A stretch of 64,000 nucleotides of DNA from a virus (IMGVR_UViG_3300048599_000194:64001-128000); one strand, 5' to 3'; counted from the stretch's first letter, positions 8,794 through 18,367 are shown. Made by a program: numbers and translations. The notes: a model not told the origin generated them from the sequence alone.

Positions 8794-9751
8794 CTCCCAT
8801 TATTTCATCAAATGATCTCTCAGATAACTCGCTAGATTCATCTTCTTGTTCTTTTTCAGTTAATTCGTCTTCATCCTCAACGAAGAAATCACGCAATTCT
8901 GAAGAAATATTACATCCTAGATATGCATTAGCCACTTGCATTGCAGAATCAACGTGAGTCATAGAAAATGAACATCCGACAAAGCGATTGTTAATTATTT
9001 GTGAACCCTTCAAACTTGAATTATGTATTGAAGTTGCGCTAATAATCACACCTGCAATAGTACTACGTTTCATAGACGTAGATTCAAGCTCAACCTTATG
9101 CATGCTACCCGATATTACATTTGCATTATCCATCTCACAATTAAAATAAGATACGATATGCTGGACGCAGTCAAATATATTAATTCCTTCTAGATTACAA
9201 TCAATAAACGTAACTCCGAATAATCCTACTTTACTTAAATTAACTCCACTAAAATCACATCTAGTGAATTGGCATTCAGCAAATTTACCTGAAGCTATAT
9301 ATGCAGATTGGAATGTACAATCAGAGAAACTACAATTACTGAATACACATCCATCCATGATAATCCCAGGAAAATCAACCGAATTAAAATCAATACCAAA
9401 AAACATATAACTTCGAAATACTTTACCATAATCAGTAGTTAAATTAGTAAAAGACCTTCTAACTTGCGCGATTATTTTTCCAACGAGCACGGGGTCAGAT
9501 ATTAATTCACGGGACTCTTCCGGTGTATTATCACTAGATATACTATCGTTCGAATCAAAACTATATTCTACGATTGGAGATTTTATTAAAGATTCATGTA
9601 TAGTCTTTTCACTCGGTTGACTATAGTGATAGTCATTTATGGCAGTGATTAAAGTCCCTAATTCTATGTTGAATTCTTCAGCCAGTGCCATATTCCACTG
9701 AAATGAAGATAATTGAAATAAATCAGAAATTAGAGCATCTTCATTCCGCAT
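8771..9751 (-). CDS. Pentapeptide-repeat protein with acidic C-terminal tail
   Basis: Runs such as GCVFS NCSFS DCTFQ, ECQFT RCDFS GVNLS; D/E-rich end; SD GGAGG. Confidence 0.85.
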   Translation of the reverse strand: MRNEDALISDLFQLSSFQWNMALAEEFNIELGTLITAINDYHYSQPSEKTIHESLIKSPIVEYSFDSNDSISSDNTPEESRELISDPVLVGKIIAQVRRSFTNLTTDYGKVFRSYMFFGIDFNSVDFPGIIMDGCVFSNCSFSDCTFQSAYIASGKFAECQFTRCDFSGVNLSKVGLFGVTFIDCNLEGINIFDCVQHIVSYFNCEMDNANVISGSMHKVELESTSMKRSTIAGVIISATSIHNSSLKGSQIINNRFVGCSFSMTHVDSAMQVANAYLGCNISSELRDFFVEDEDELTEKEQEDESSELSERSFDEIMGDDEDEDD

Positions 9752-9776
9752 ATCAACCTCCAGTTAATATTTATTC

Positions 9777-11624
9777 TTAAAACGTCTTGATTTCTTTGAG
9801 AACGCTGAATTGATTCTTCAACTCTAGTTCATATAATGCATCTAGATTTTCGAATAACACATCTTCCTGTTTATGAGTGATTAAAACAATACTCTTATTG
9901 TCTTTATCTGCAACCTTCCTAATAGAATCAACTGCGGCACTAAAACCCTTAGCGTCAAGACCTTCATCTGCGAATTCATCTAGCATTAAAGTATTACACT
10001 TCACATTTCCTATTCTCTTAACTAGATCAACCATTGCGAATAATATCGCTAAATTAATTCTAGTCTTCTGACCCTTAGACATCATGGAATGCTTCTGTCC
10101 AAGTCCCTTAGGTGCGCCTAATGTATGATTAAAATATTCATCGAATTCAACTGTCACTGGCAGGTCAAATCGATCTAGATAAAAAGCAATTAGTTTATTG
10201 AGTATTGGCATGAACTCACGAAGTAGCATTCTCTTAATCCCATCATCAGAGCACATCTCAATGATATAATGATAAGCCTTAATCCTACGATCTAATTGAA
10301 TTAGTGCAGATTTTTTATCAGCAATTAGAGACTCAGCATCCGAAATTGACTTCAGAGCAAACAACTTAACATCACTTTGCTCAGGTCGTTCTATTAGTTT
10401 ATCTTTTTTACTACGATATGCATTCTTAGAAATCTCTAAAGTATTAATGTAGCTACTGGTTGAGTAAATTGTAGAATTTTTACGATGAATTTCACTATGA
10501 TATGAATTTAATTCACCTGTTATAGTTGTAATTGCTGAATTAATATTGTTAATTTCAGGTAGCCTTGAATTAAGAGTGTCTAGTTCAGACTTAAGATTTC
10601 TTCCGTGATTTGCTATCTCGTTGCTCGCTTCGATATGTATCTTTTTATGTGTTTCCGCTTGTTCCTCGGTAAATGAATTTCCACACTTATTACATACAAC
10701 ATTAGGTGCAATTCTGTTTATTTCGTCTAGTTCCCTTCTATAATCTCTTTTACACACGTCAAGTTCTGCATTTACCCTTGCAATATTGGCATATAATGAA
10801 TTAGAATCCAATTCAACTAACTTACTATTAAGCAATGCAATTTCATTTTCTGCGCTTGATATTTTCTCATTTAATGTTTCTATTTCTGAATTGAGGATGC
10901 CAATAGAGGCCCTGGATGAATCTTGAGTACCTTCTATTATCTGTATCTGTTCATCAATAGAAGCGATTTCAGCCTCAACATTAGAATCAGCCATCTTTAC
11001 TACGTTATTATATTCTGCAATTTTTAACTGCGCACTTTCAATTTCCTGAGAAACTATTCTTTTTGATAATTGAGCGTCACTTAGTCTTTCGTTAACCTTG
11101 GTTTTATAGTTTCTAACTTGCTTAATTGAAAATAAATTTTCAGAGAATTTTCTCTTTTGATCTGGAGTCATTGAAATAAATGGCGTTCCTCCAGATACTG
11201 CAATAGTGTTCTTAAACACATTAATCCCGAACCCCAAAATTGTATTTTCTATATATTCCTGATAATCAGGAATTCCAGTTAATAGAATATCGTTCTTATA
11301 GATCATCAGTTTTTCGCTGGCCTTTCTAGACGTTGGCTTTCTGACGATCAAATACTTGTCAGTATTAACTCCCTGAGTCTCAAGCAATAAACTTAAATAT
11401 AAACCTTTTTCATTAATGTTATTGGTCCATTCTGATTGAGTTGACGTTCTATACGTTTCATTGAACAGGCAAATACAAACGGCATCCAATATAGCGGACT
11501 TTCCAAGTCCATTCTCACCCATTAGACCAATAACCCCATCGTAGAAATTAAATACAAATTCCTCATTTCCAAATCGTAGGAAGTTTGCCCCTCTAAGAGT
11601 CTTAAATGCAATTGAATTTGCCAT
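9777..11624 (-). CDS. gp46: Recombination ATPase, Rad50/SbcC-like subunit
   Basis: NFLRFGN, Walker A GENGLGKS, coiled coil with zinc hook CNKCG, signature MSKGQ, Walker B LMLDE, H-loop LITH. Confidence 0.95.
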   Translation of the reverse strand: MANSIAFKTLRGANFLRFGNEEFVFNFYDGVIGLMGENGLGKSAILDAVCICLFNETYRTSTQSEWTNNINEKGLYLSLLLETQGVNTDKYLIVRKPTSRKASEKLMIYKNDILLTGIPDYQEYIENTILGFGINVFKNTIAVSGGTPFISMTPDQKRKFSENLFSIKQVRNYKTKVNERLSDAQLSKRIVSQEIESAQLKIAEYNNVVKMADSNVEAEIASIDEQIQIIEGTQDSSRASIGILNSEIETLNEKISSAENEIALLNSKLVELDSNSLYANIARVNAELDVCKRDYRRELDEINRIAPNVVCNKCGNSFTEEQAETHKKIHIEASNEIANHGRNLKSELDTLNSRLPEINNINSAITTITGELNSYHSEIHRKNSTIYSTSSYINTLEISKNAYRSKKDKLIERPEQSDVKLFALKSISDAESLIADKKSALIQLDRRIKAYHYIIEMCSDDGIKRMLLREFMPILNKLIAFYLDRFDLPVTVEFDEYFNHTLGAPKGLGQKHSMMSKGQKTRINLAILFAMVDLVKRIGNVKCNTLMLDEFADEGLDAKGFSAAVDSIRKVADKDNKSIVLITHKQEDVLFENLDALYELELKNQFSVLKEIKTF

Positions 11625-11627
11625 TTG

Positions 11628-11933
11628 TTATATCCTGTATTTGCTATATGGATTCGAAGGGCGATTACCTGTTGGTTTCTTCGGATCGACCTTCTTCTCT
11701 GATATGGTAGCAATTTGAAAGTTTTCAGTGGTCCTGAAGTACATGTATTCAGCTAGATCTATAACTCGCTGAGTATATCCCTCATTGTAATATTCAAGCA
11801 CAATCCTCAATGCAAGCTCGTTTCTACGCATTGGATCTGAAGATACTGTATGAATTTGTTCCTTAAAACGAAAAAAGCATTCTCTGAATGCTTTCTCGTC
11901 TACTTCTTCAGATGGAAAGTAGCCTTTGTCCAT
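11628..11933 (-). CDS. Hypothetical protein
   Basis: 101-aa ORF tightly packed in the operon. Confidence 0.7.
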   Translation of the reverse strand: MDKGYFPSEEVDEKAFRECFFRFKEQIHTVSSDPMRRNELALRIVLEYYNEGYTQRVIDLAEYMYFRTTENFQIATISEKKVDPKKPTGNRPSNPYSKYRI

Positions 11934-12253
11934 TAACTAATCCTCAGCGTCTGTCTATATCCAGTGTCATCATCAAATTCAACTAGAATATAAACGTCGT
12001 TAAATGATATATAATCCCTAACCTGCAAATTCCTATCCCCAAAAAATGGAAGCAATTTCGACCTGATCGCACATGCTGTCGATTTATCTATGAATTCACC
12101 TGCAAAAGAATTAAGAATCTCAACCGCCTTTAAGGTTGATATTGATGCATCTTTTCCCGCAATATCATATACCCATCGAGGAACCTCATAATATGACCTC
12201 CAATGTGGATCTACAACATACTGCCAATCTGGTATCTCTGAAACCCCAAACAT
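11933..12253 (-). CDS. Hypothetical protein
   Basis: 106-aa ORF with stop/start overlaps on both sides. Confidence 0.7.
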   Translation of the reverse strand: MFGVSEIPDWQYVVDPHWRSYYEVPRWVYDIAGKDASISTLKAVEILNSFAGEFIDKSTACAIRSKLLPFFGDRNLQVRDYISFNDVYILVEFDDDTGYRQTLRIS

Positions 12254-13623
12254 TAGCTAACCTTGTACTTAGTGTCATATTCAATGGCATCAACGATCTT
12301 ATGTTCAAAATCGGCTTCGAATACTTCATATTGGAGAATAGCTCTCCCATTAATAATTGGTACGAACTCTTGTCTGAATTGTTGTAGACCAGCTTCCTCA
12401 TAATATACTATTCCAACACCCTGTTGCCAATTCTGATATGCCTTTGCACCTGGAACTGCGCCAGGGTCTATCTTACAAAGACATCCAAATGAAGCCGCAG
12501 TGTATAGATATGCAGTATCGTCTGCACCCCATAGAGTCTTAGTTGCAACTTCATATCGATGAATATGACCCTGAATTACAGAAACTCTAGTATCCTTAAC
12601 TACTGCGGATACAGTTGCTCCTGATTCACTCTTTGCAATTTCACCGTGAATGCATACCAAATTATCATTCAAAACCACTTTTCCATTTGGATAGTTTGGA
12701 TGATACTTAATCTTTAGATTATCAAGCCCCAATAATTTTGGTATTGAGAGTAGTGGAGGCCCATTTAGATCATCTACCGACTTAAGTCCATATGCAGAAA
12801 TCGCGTTCTGCATAAGTGCCTTTTCGGCCCTGATATCATGATTCCCTGCAATGTAATCAATTTCCATATTTGGGTCAATTGCTCTGAATTGAGCAAGCCA
12901 CCATGCTAATTCAACCGCCGCCGCCTGAGTGGTGAAATAAAATTCAGGTCCGGTTGGGTATTTTGACTCTTGGGGTAAATCTAAATTATCTCCAAGTAAA
13001 ACAATTCTATCAGGTCTGATATATTTTGCAATTTGAAGAGCTACATCCATTGCACTTCTGTCGTGTATTGATGATAGTTTCCCATTAACCATATTTCTAC
13101 GAAATCCGACTTGCATATCTGGAAGAACTAATGCAGTCTTAATTGACTTATTCTTCTTCGATGTGCTTCCTTGTATCTTAGATGAGTCAATTCTAATATC
13201 AATTGAGGCAGGTATTTCATAATTAGCTATCAACTTAATTCTTCTAAATGAAACCTTAATTTGATGAAGTCGAATAAGACCCTGATCATTTGGCCTCATT
13301 CCGTCCCATTCATTATGGGTCACATTTGACACTTCCCATATTTTACGATCAACATCTAATTCTGACAATAGCTCATCTAGAGTCTTCTTTCCGCCAGAAT
13401 ACTTAACCGTCAATTCTTTCTGATTTTTGTCATCTAGTATTTCTTCAACTATTGAGAAACTTGGTGACTTAGTTTGGGTTGAAATTGCGGAGTCTGATGA
13501 TTCAGTAATATAATCAATCAGAATATTTGCAACCTGAGTTCTTGTAATTCCGAGTTCCTCGGATATGTAGTTGACTGTTTTTCCGGCTTTTGCAAGCTCA
13601 ACTACCTTCAGATTTTCTTTCAT
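12253..13623 (-). CDS. Calcineurin-like metallophosphoesterase with N-terminal HTH
   Basis: N-terminal GKTVNYISEELGITRTQV (HTH); PDMQ, LGDNLD, GNHD, IHG, GHIH motifs; SD AAAGGAG. Confidence 0.85.
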   Translation of the reverse strand: MKENLKVVELAKAGKTVNYISEELGITRTQVANILIDYITESSDSAISTQTKSPSFSIVEEILDDKNQKELTVKYSGGKKTLDELLSELDVDRKIWEVSNVTHNEWDGMRPNDQGLIRLHQIKVSFRRIKLIANYEIPASIDIRIDSSKIQGSTSKKNKSIKTALVLPDMQVGFRRNMVNGKLSSIHDRSAMDVALQIAKYIRPDRIVLLGDNLDLPQESKYPTGPEFYFTTQAAAVELAWWLAQFRAIDPNMEIDYIAGNHDIRAEKALMQNAISAYGLKSVDDLNGPPLLSIPKLLGLDNLKIKYHPNYPNGKVVLNDNLVCIHGEIAKSESGATVSAVVKDTRVSVIQGHIHRYEVATKTLWGADDTAYLYTAASFGCLCKIDPGAVPGAKAYQNWQQGVGIVYYEEAGLQQFRQEFVPIINGRAILQYEVFEADFEHKIVDAIEYDTKYKVS

Positions 13624-13641
13624 GTGTACTCCTTTAATGAT

Positions 13642-13685
13642 ATTTTAGCAGATTTGTATAGTATGTAGAAAAAATGTGCTAAGAT
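13642..13685. promoter_or_regulatory. Divergent extended -10 promoters
   Basis: TGCTAAAAT on minus (13642-13650) toward the phosphoesterase gene; TGCTAAGAT on plus (13677-13685) toward the GC-rich non-coding element. Confidence 0.5.
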
Positions 13686-13689
13686 GTGG

Positions 13690-13995
13690 AGTAGATGAAA
13701 GTCTGAGTTGCACGGAGTCAAGGGATGCCAAAGCTGATGAAGCTGGCCGTGTGACGCTACGAAGATCGTTGCAGTGTGCGAAGAAAAGCCCTGGGAACGC
13801 TAGTGTGCCGGATGTAAGGGAAGAGACAAGCCTCAGAGTCAAATCCATTCGGTAAATCTTCGAGGGGGAACATTACACAAGTTGAGTTCAGTTCTTGTGT
13901 AAATGGGCGAAAGTACTTCTATCCTACCACCAAAACTCAAAATGGTGGACTCATGGGGTAGGGGGAACTGGGCGAGGAGCGTCTGCGCGAGACTA
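13690..13995 (+). ncRNA. Putative structured non-coding RNA (~300 nt), GC-enriched
   Basis: About 50% GC (149/300 counted over 13681-13980) in an AT-rich genome, no credible ORF, several helices with G-U pairs on the + strand and a 7-bp loop-loop complementarity. Confidence 0.6.
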
Positions 13996-13998
13996 TAG

Positions 13999-14030
13999 AT
14001 TAGCTCATTAGCTCATTAGCTCATTAGCTC
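13999..14030 (+). repeat. Perfect tandem repeat (ATTAGCTC)x4, iteron-like
   Basis: Copies start at 13999, 14007, 14015 and 14023. Confidence 0.95.
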
Positions 14031-14050
14031 ACAGCTTTCAAACAAATGGG

Positions 14051-14150
14051 AAATCTCAAAAAAGAAATAGCTTCTTAAAAATGAGAAATCTCACAAATCT
14101 CACAAAGAAAAGAAATTCTAGATTGAGAAGACTCACTCAGACAATCTAGA
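14051..14150 (+). repeat. AAATCTCA direct repeats and an inverted repeat in an A-rich tract
   Basis: AAATCTCA at 14051, 14086, 14095; TCTAGATTG (14117-14125) / CAATCTAGA (14142-14150). Confidence 0.8.
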
Positions 14151-14191
14151 TTCTATCATCATTATGCTTAATTTAGCGTTAAAATAGACAT

Positions 14192-14782
14192 ATGACAGAG
14201 GAAAAGAAAAATAAAACTCGCCAGCCTAAGGAACCAAAATCTCTAGAGCCAAGAGTCCAAATTACCTATAATGATCTACGAAAAGGAATAGCTGAAGAAG
14301 TCAATAGCAAATTCAACACTCCAGTAATAGAAGCATTTTCTAAAAATGAAGAAGATACTATTACTTCATTAATGGATGAATTCAAGGAAGATACTACAGT
14401 CCCTACTGACTTAGATTTACTATATAATTACAATGCAAGCATAAACACTACCATTAGTAAATGGGTGAAAAGATATGTTAGATATTCTAGCGGATTAGCG
14501 AAAAATGAAAAGAAACTCATTGTCTTAGACGCTATTATCACTGAAGAATATAAAAGAAATCCAGATGCACATAATGGAATTTTATTAACCGATAAGGAAA
14601 TAAGAAATATCATTTTGATAAACCAAGATCATATTGAGCTAGAAGAAAAGATAAATAGTATAAAGGCGGTAATCTACGTGATTGAAATGGCTATATCTAG
14701 ATTAAAAGATATGACATATATAATTAAAAATGCAAATGAAACTCTAAAAATAAAGAATTATCTAATAAATGGTAATTTTTAA
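14192..14782 (+). CDS. uvsY: Recombination mediator UvsY
   Basis: Helical pattern L.DE.KED...SKW.KRY...KEIR.I....D..EL...I..AI..LK...Y.IKNA aligns with T4 UvsY; adjacent to uvsW. Confidence 0.7.
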   Translation: MTEEKKNKTRQPKEPKSLEPRVQITYNDLRKGIAEEVNSKFNTPVIEAFSKNEEDTITSLMDEFKEDTTVPTDLDLLYNYNASINTTISKWVKRYVRYSSGLAKNEKKLIVLDAIITEEYKRNPDAHNGILLTDKEIRNIILINQDHIELEEKINSIKAVIYVIEMAISRLKDMTYIIKNANETLKIKNYLINGNF

Positions 14783-16451
14783 GAAACACAATAATTCACA
14801 TGCTAAAGTAATCTGGCAACCAACTCCAGAAGATCCATATAAGCAAAGCCCTTATGTTACTTTAGATAATCTATATGCTATTAGACCTGAAGGATTTATG
14901 TTTGATCCTAGATTTAAGGCTAATAGGAAAAAGAGATTTTCGAAATATGATGGGAAAGTTAGACTATACAAAATCTTACCAAGTCTCATTCCTTTAGGGT
15001 TGGTTAGAGAAGCTGTTAGAACATTGAGACAGTTTGGGTGGAATGTTGAAGTAGATAATTCGATTATCTCATCATTTACAGACCCTACTGATTATTCAGA
15101 ATTAATAACTTCATTTTGTAATGCTATTGCTAAATCATGTGGATTAACTCCTAGAGATTATCAGCAGAAAATACTAGAACTATCACTTAAATTAAAGAGA
15201 GCCGCTTTTAGAGCCGCTACTGGAGCAGGTAAGAGTCTTGCGATGTATATGATTGTTAGATTCTTCAGAAAAGTCATTGATCCAGATATGAATTTCCTCA
15301 TATTGGTTCCAAATATCAATTTAGTTAATCAGCTATATAGAAATTTCAGAGATGATTATGGGTGGGCTGATATTGATCAATACGTTGGAATGTATCACTC
15401 TGATTTCACAGCAAATGAAAAGAAAATTGCCATTAGGAAACCAATTCTCATTAGTACTTGGCAGTCTATGGGGTCTTTATTAGAAAATCCAAAATTCGAG
15501 GATTATTTTAAGAGGTTTTCTTGTCTATTAGTAGATGAATTACATACTGCAAAGAATGATCAAGCCGTCATTAATAAAGTTGTATCTGCATGTTCGAATG
15601 CGGAATATAGATTCGGATTAACTGGTACCATACCAAGACATATACTAAACCAAAAAGTTCTAATTGGTAATTTTGCTGATATTCATCAAATCATCTCATC
15701 TAAGGAATTGATAGAGCGAGGTGAACTATCAAAGGCTTCAATTATTGAAGTTCAAATACCATATGATAATTACACTATTGAATTATGTAGGAAAAAGAAA
15801 ATACCATTAAACGCAGAATACGAGCTATCTCGACTAACTCGATCTCATGAGTATGCCGTTCATTCGCTAATAAGAGATGGAATAATCACCAAAGATCAGA
15901 ACACTCTGATTCTTATGAAGTATGTAGAAAATAAAGAAGTTGAAAATATGGTGGAGATGCTAAAAAAGCATCACCCAGAATTTAAGATTAGATTTGCTCA
16001 TGGTAAGGTTGCCGTAAAGACAAGAGATGCGATTTTAGCTGAACTAGAATCTGAATCTGGGATGATTGTGGTTGCTACATACGCTACATTCGGGACTGGA
16101 TTTAATATGAAAAATTTACATAATGTAATATTCTCATCGGACTGTAAATCGTACACTAAAATACTACAATCAATCGGCAGAAGTCTAAGATTGCATAAGT
16201 CTAAATTAATGGCGAGAATATTTGACCTGCATCACATGATAGAGGAAAAATATTTTTCGAACAGAGCTAAGAAAGACATGGAATTTAGATCTAATCTATC
16301 TAACCATTTTTATCAACGAGAGGAGTTTTACTATGAAGAAGAATATCCACAAGAAATACACATAATAGATAGAGAATTTAGCTTCAATGGATTAACTTTA
16401 GATGGTGTTGACATTTCTTACATGAATTCAGAAACCTCAGAGGAAGATTAA
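14769..16451 (+). CDS. uvsW: SF2 helicase UvsW
   Basis: YDGKVRLY, PRDYQ, ATGAGKSL, ISTWQS, DELH, GLTGT, GTGFN..NLHNVIF, LQSIGRSLR. Confidence 0.95.
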   Translation: MVIFKKHNNSHAKVIWQPTPEDPYKQSPYVTLDNLYAIRPEGFMFDPRFKANRKKRFSKYDGKVRLYKILPSLIPLGLVREAVRTLRQFGWNVEVDNSIISSFTDPTDYSELITSFCNAIAKSCGLTPRDYQQKILELSLKLKRAAFRAATGAGKSLAMYMIVRFFRKVIDPDMNFLILVPNINLVNQLYRNFRDDYGWADIDQYVGMYHSDFTANEKKIAIRKPILISTWQSMGSLLENPKFEDYFKRFSCLLVDELHTAKNDQAVINKVVSACSNAEYRFGLTGTIPRHILNQKVLIGNFADIHQIISSKELIERGELSKASIIEVQIPYDNYTIELCRKKKIPLNAEYELSRLTRSHEYAVHSLIRDGIITKDQNTLILMKYVENKEVENMVEMLKKHHPEFKIRFAHGKVAVKTRDAILAELESESGMIVVATYATFGTGFNMKNLHNVIFSSDCKSYTKILQSIGRSLRLHKSKLMARIFDLHHMIEEKYFSNRAKKDMEFRSNLSNHFYQREEFYYEEEYPQEIHIIDREFSFNGLTLDGVDISYMNSETSEED

Positions 16452-16459
16452 ATATAGAT

Positions 16460-17728
16460 ATGTTACAGGTAAAGCCTTCAGATTCTGATATTGCTTCAAT
16501 AAAAACTGAGTACTCTGGCATGTATGTTGAGTATCCATTGTTACAACCCCTTCCAATTCCAGTTAATGTGTATGTAACTCAACAGCAATTCATTTTCTGG
16601 AATGATGTCAGCCCATACCTCCCATACGGGTCAAAACTCATAAAGGCATATGTGAGGCCGGATGACTATGCGCTTGAAGGACTTAACAAATTAAAGGAAC
16701 TGAATCCTTCATTTGATTTTGATGGAATTGTAGTTAAGAGGGCTGGAATTTCTGGAATTCCTTCAGATGATACTACTTCTGGTTCAGACTTCTTCAAGTC
16801 TTCGACTGCATCACAAACATCGAGCGATACTACTTCAGACGTAAATAAAACTTATCCTAATCTAAATGGTAAGTTCGATTCATACTATCTTCACCAGTTT
16901 GATTATGATAGTGTCAAATCTGCGCTTAGTATTGTTGGCTATATTTGGGAGTTACCATTTTCTGATAGTTACCAAAAAGGATTAACTATGGCGATTGACT
17001 TAACTGATGTTTCAATCGACCATTCCTTAATTGTTTCAGTAATAAACAACATTATACAAAACAATGACTACCTGAATGCTTCAAACTGTGTATTATCAGG
17101 AACAAGCGCAATTGTCACGTTCGTAAGTAGTGAAATTTCTGTTACTGCATATGAATTTGGAATTATTAATGTTGGACCTAATAGCAATGTATCTGATTGT
17201 TTTTCAGAAAAGACACTGAATAGAATATATGCTAATCTTAAAACTAATGGATATGGCGATCTAGATGAATCTGTAAAACCTGAACTATTAAAGGGTTTAC
17301 CCCATAACACTAGGAAAAAAGGCACTGCACTAGCAAAGGCTATTAGAGATTCAATGATAGAGGTTTTAGGCGGCTCAGAGGGGGTTATTAGCGTCCTTCA
17401 GGCTTCAACTAACGAATACCTAATGGCATTAATAAATGGCCTCCTAGCGGCTAATAATGTACTCTATGATGAATTAGATCGAGTAGGTGGTGGTAATGTC
17501 AAAAAGAAAGCACAGGACGCATTCGAAAGTGGGATGAATAAGAGTATAGTATCTAAAAATGTTTCATCCCTATTGAATAACGGATTAGAAATTAATAAGA
17601 CTACAGGAAAGTCATTAATTGCTGTTGAGAGTAGTGAAGTTGTTTCTGCTAATGCAAACAGTATTCAAATTGAAATGGATTTATCTAGGTCAATTGAAGT
17701 TGTAGCAGGATCTCAAGCTAAGTCATAA
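16460..17728 (+). CDS. Hypothetical (probably virion) protein
   Basis: 422-aa ORF; late motif TAAATA 5 nt upstream. Confidence 0.7.
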   Translation: MLQVKPSDSDIASIKTEYSGMYVEYPLLQPLPIPVNVYVTQQQFIFWNDVSPYLPYGSKLIKAYVRPDDYALEGLNKLKELNPSFDFDGIVVKRAGISGIPSDDTTSGSDFFKSSTASQTSSDTTSDVNKTYPNLNGKFDSYYLHQFDYDSVKSALSIVGYIWELPFSDSYQKGLTMAIDLTDVSIDHSLIVSVINNIIQNNDYLNASNCVLSGTSAIVTFVSSEISVTAYEFGIINVGPNSNVSDCFSEKTLNRIYANLKTNGYGDLDESVKPELLKGLPHNTRKKGTALAKAIRDSMIEVLGGSEGVISVLQASTNEYLMALINGLLAANNVLYDELDRVGGGNVKKKAQDAFESGMNKSIVSKNVSSLLNNGLEINKTTGKSLIAVESSEVVSANANSIQIEMDLSRSIEVVAGSQAKS

Positions 17729-18324
17729 ATTAATTTAAGACTCATTGGTTTATTTTCAAATTCACAACCTTTGAATGCGGATAATTGAGTTACGAAGAAA
17801 TCAGTCTCAAAGTCTTCTAAATCACCAAGATATATTTCACCCGAATCAAGTAATGGTATCTCGACATAATATACTCCAATATGTCTATCTGACTGAATCG
17901 TTCTTATATTTGTGGTTGCAATATTACTCTCAGACCTTATTGGCGCTCTAAACTCAGTTGTGAATCCAAATTTAATCTCAAATCCATTAAAACATTCAAA
18001 TCGTAATTGCAATCTAGGGTTTACGATTTTGGTGTATACTTCGACATTATCATTGTCACATTCATCGCATGGCAATTGTATTGATGTACCACTTAGACAT
18101 TTTCTATATCTTCGATTTATTTTTAATTTGAATTTCACCCAGTTCTCGTATGATCTATTAATTGGACTTTGTCCATATGGTGCTCGGACGGGGTAATTCA
18201 TTGCGTCTATGCTGTCTAAGTATGTGGCCGAATCTACCGATTTGAAAGAAATACTATTTACTTCCGTAGCTCGCCCTGCCAATCCGGTATACTTAATCAG
18301 CACTATATCCAATAGCTCTGTCAC
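17713..18324 (-). CDS. Hypothetical late protein (GTG start)
   Basis: 203-aa ORF; TAAATA 5 nt upstream. Confidence 0.7.
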   Translation of the reverse strand: MTELLDIVLIKYTGLAGRATEVNSISFKSVDSATYLDSIDAMNYPVRAPYGQSPINRSYENWVKFKLKINRRYRKCLSGTSIQLPCDECDNDNVEVYTKIVNPRLQLRFECFNGFEIKFGFTTEFRAPIRSESNIATTNIRTIQSDRHIGVYYVEIPLLDSGEIYLGDLEDFETDFFVTQLSAFKGCEFENKPMSLKLIYDLA

Positions 18325-18367
18325 GTAGATATTTATCCAGACTCATTTTTCATGTTACAATCTTAAT

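Noticed and set aside
13735-13765. Hammerhead ribozyme (CTGATGA core)
   Set aside because: No correctly placed GAAA after a stem II and no stem I/III with an NUH cleavage site
13645-13848. 67-aa minus-strand ORF
   Set aside because: No SD, atypical composition, antisense to the structured element and overlapping promoter motifs
13774-13990. Group II intron (GTGCG-like 5' end)
   Set aside because: No domain V hairpin, no interrupted gene and too short
13999-14030. CRISPR array
   Set aside because: 8-nt tandem repeats with no spacers and no cas genes
13694-14040. RNase P RNA (GATGAAAGTCTG resembles GAGGAAAGUCC)
   Set aside because: The 3' consensus ACAGAA...GCUUA and other conserved regions are absent; the resemblance is only partial
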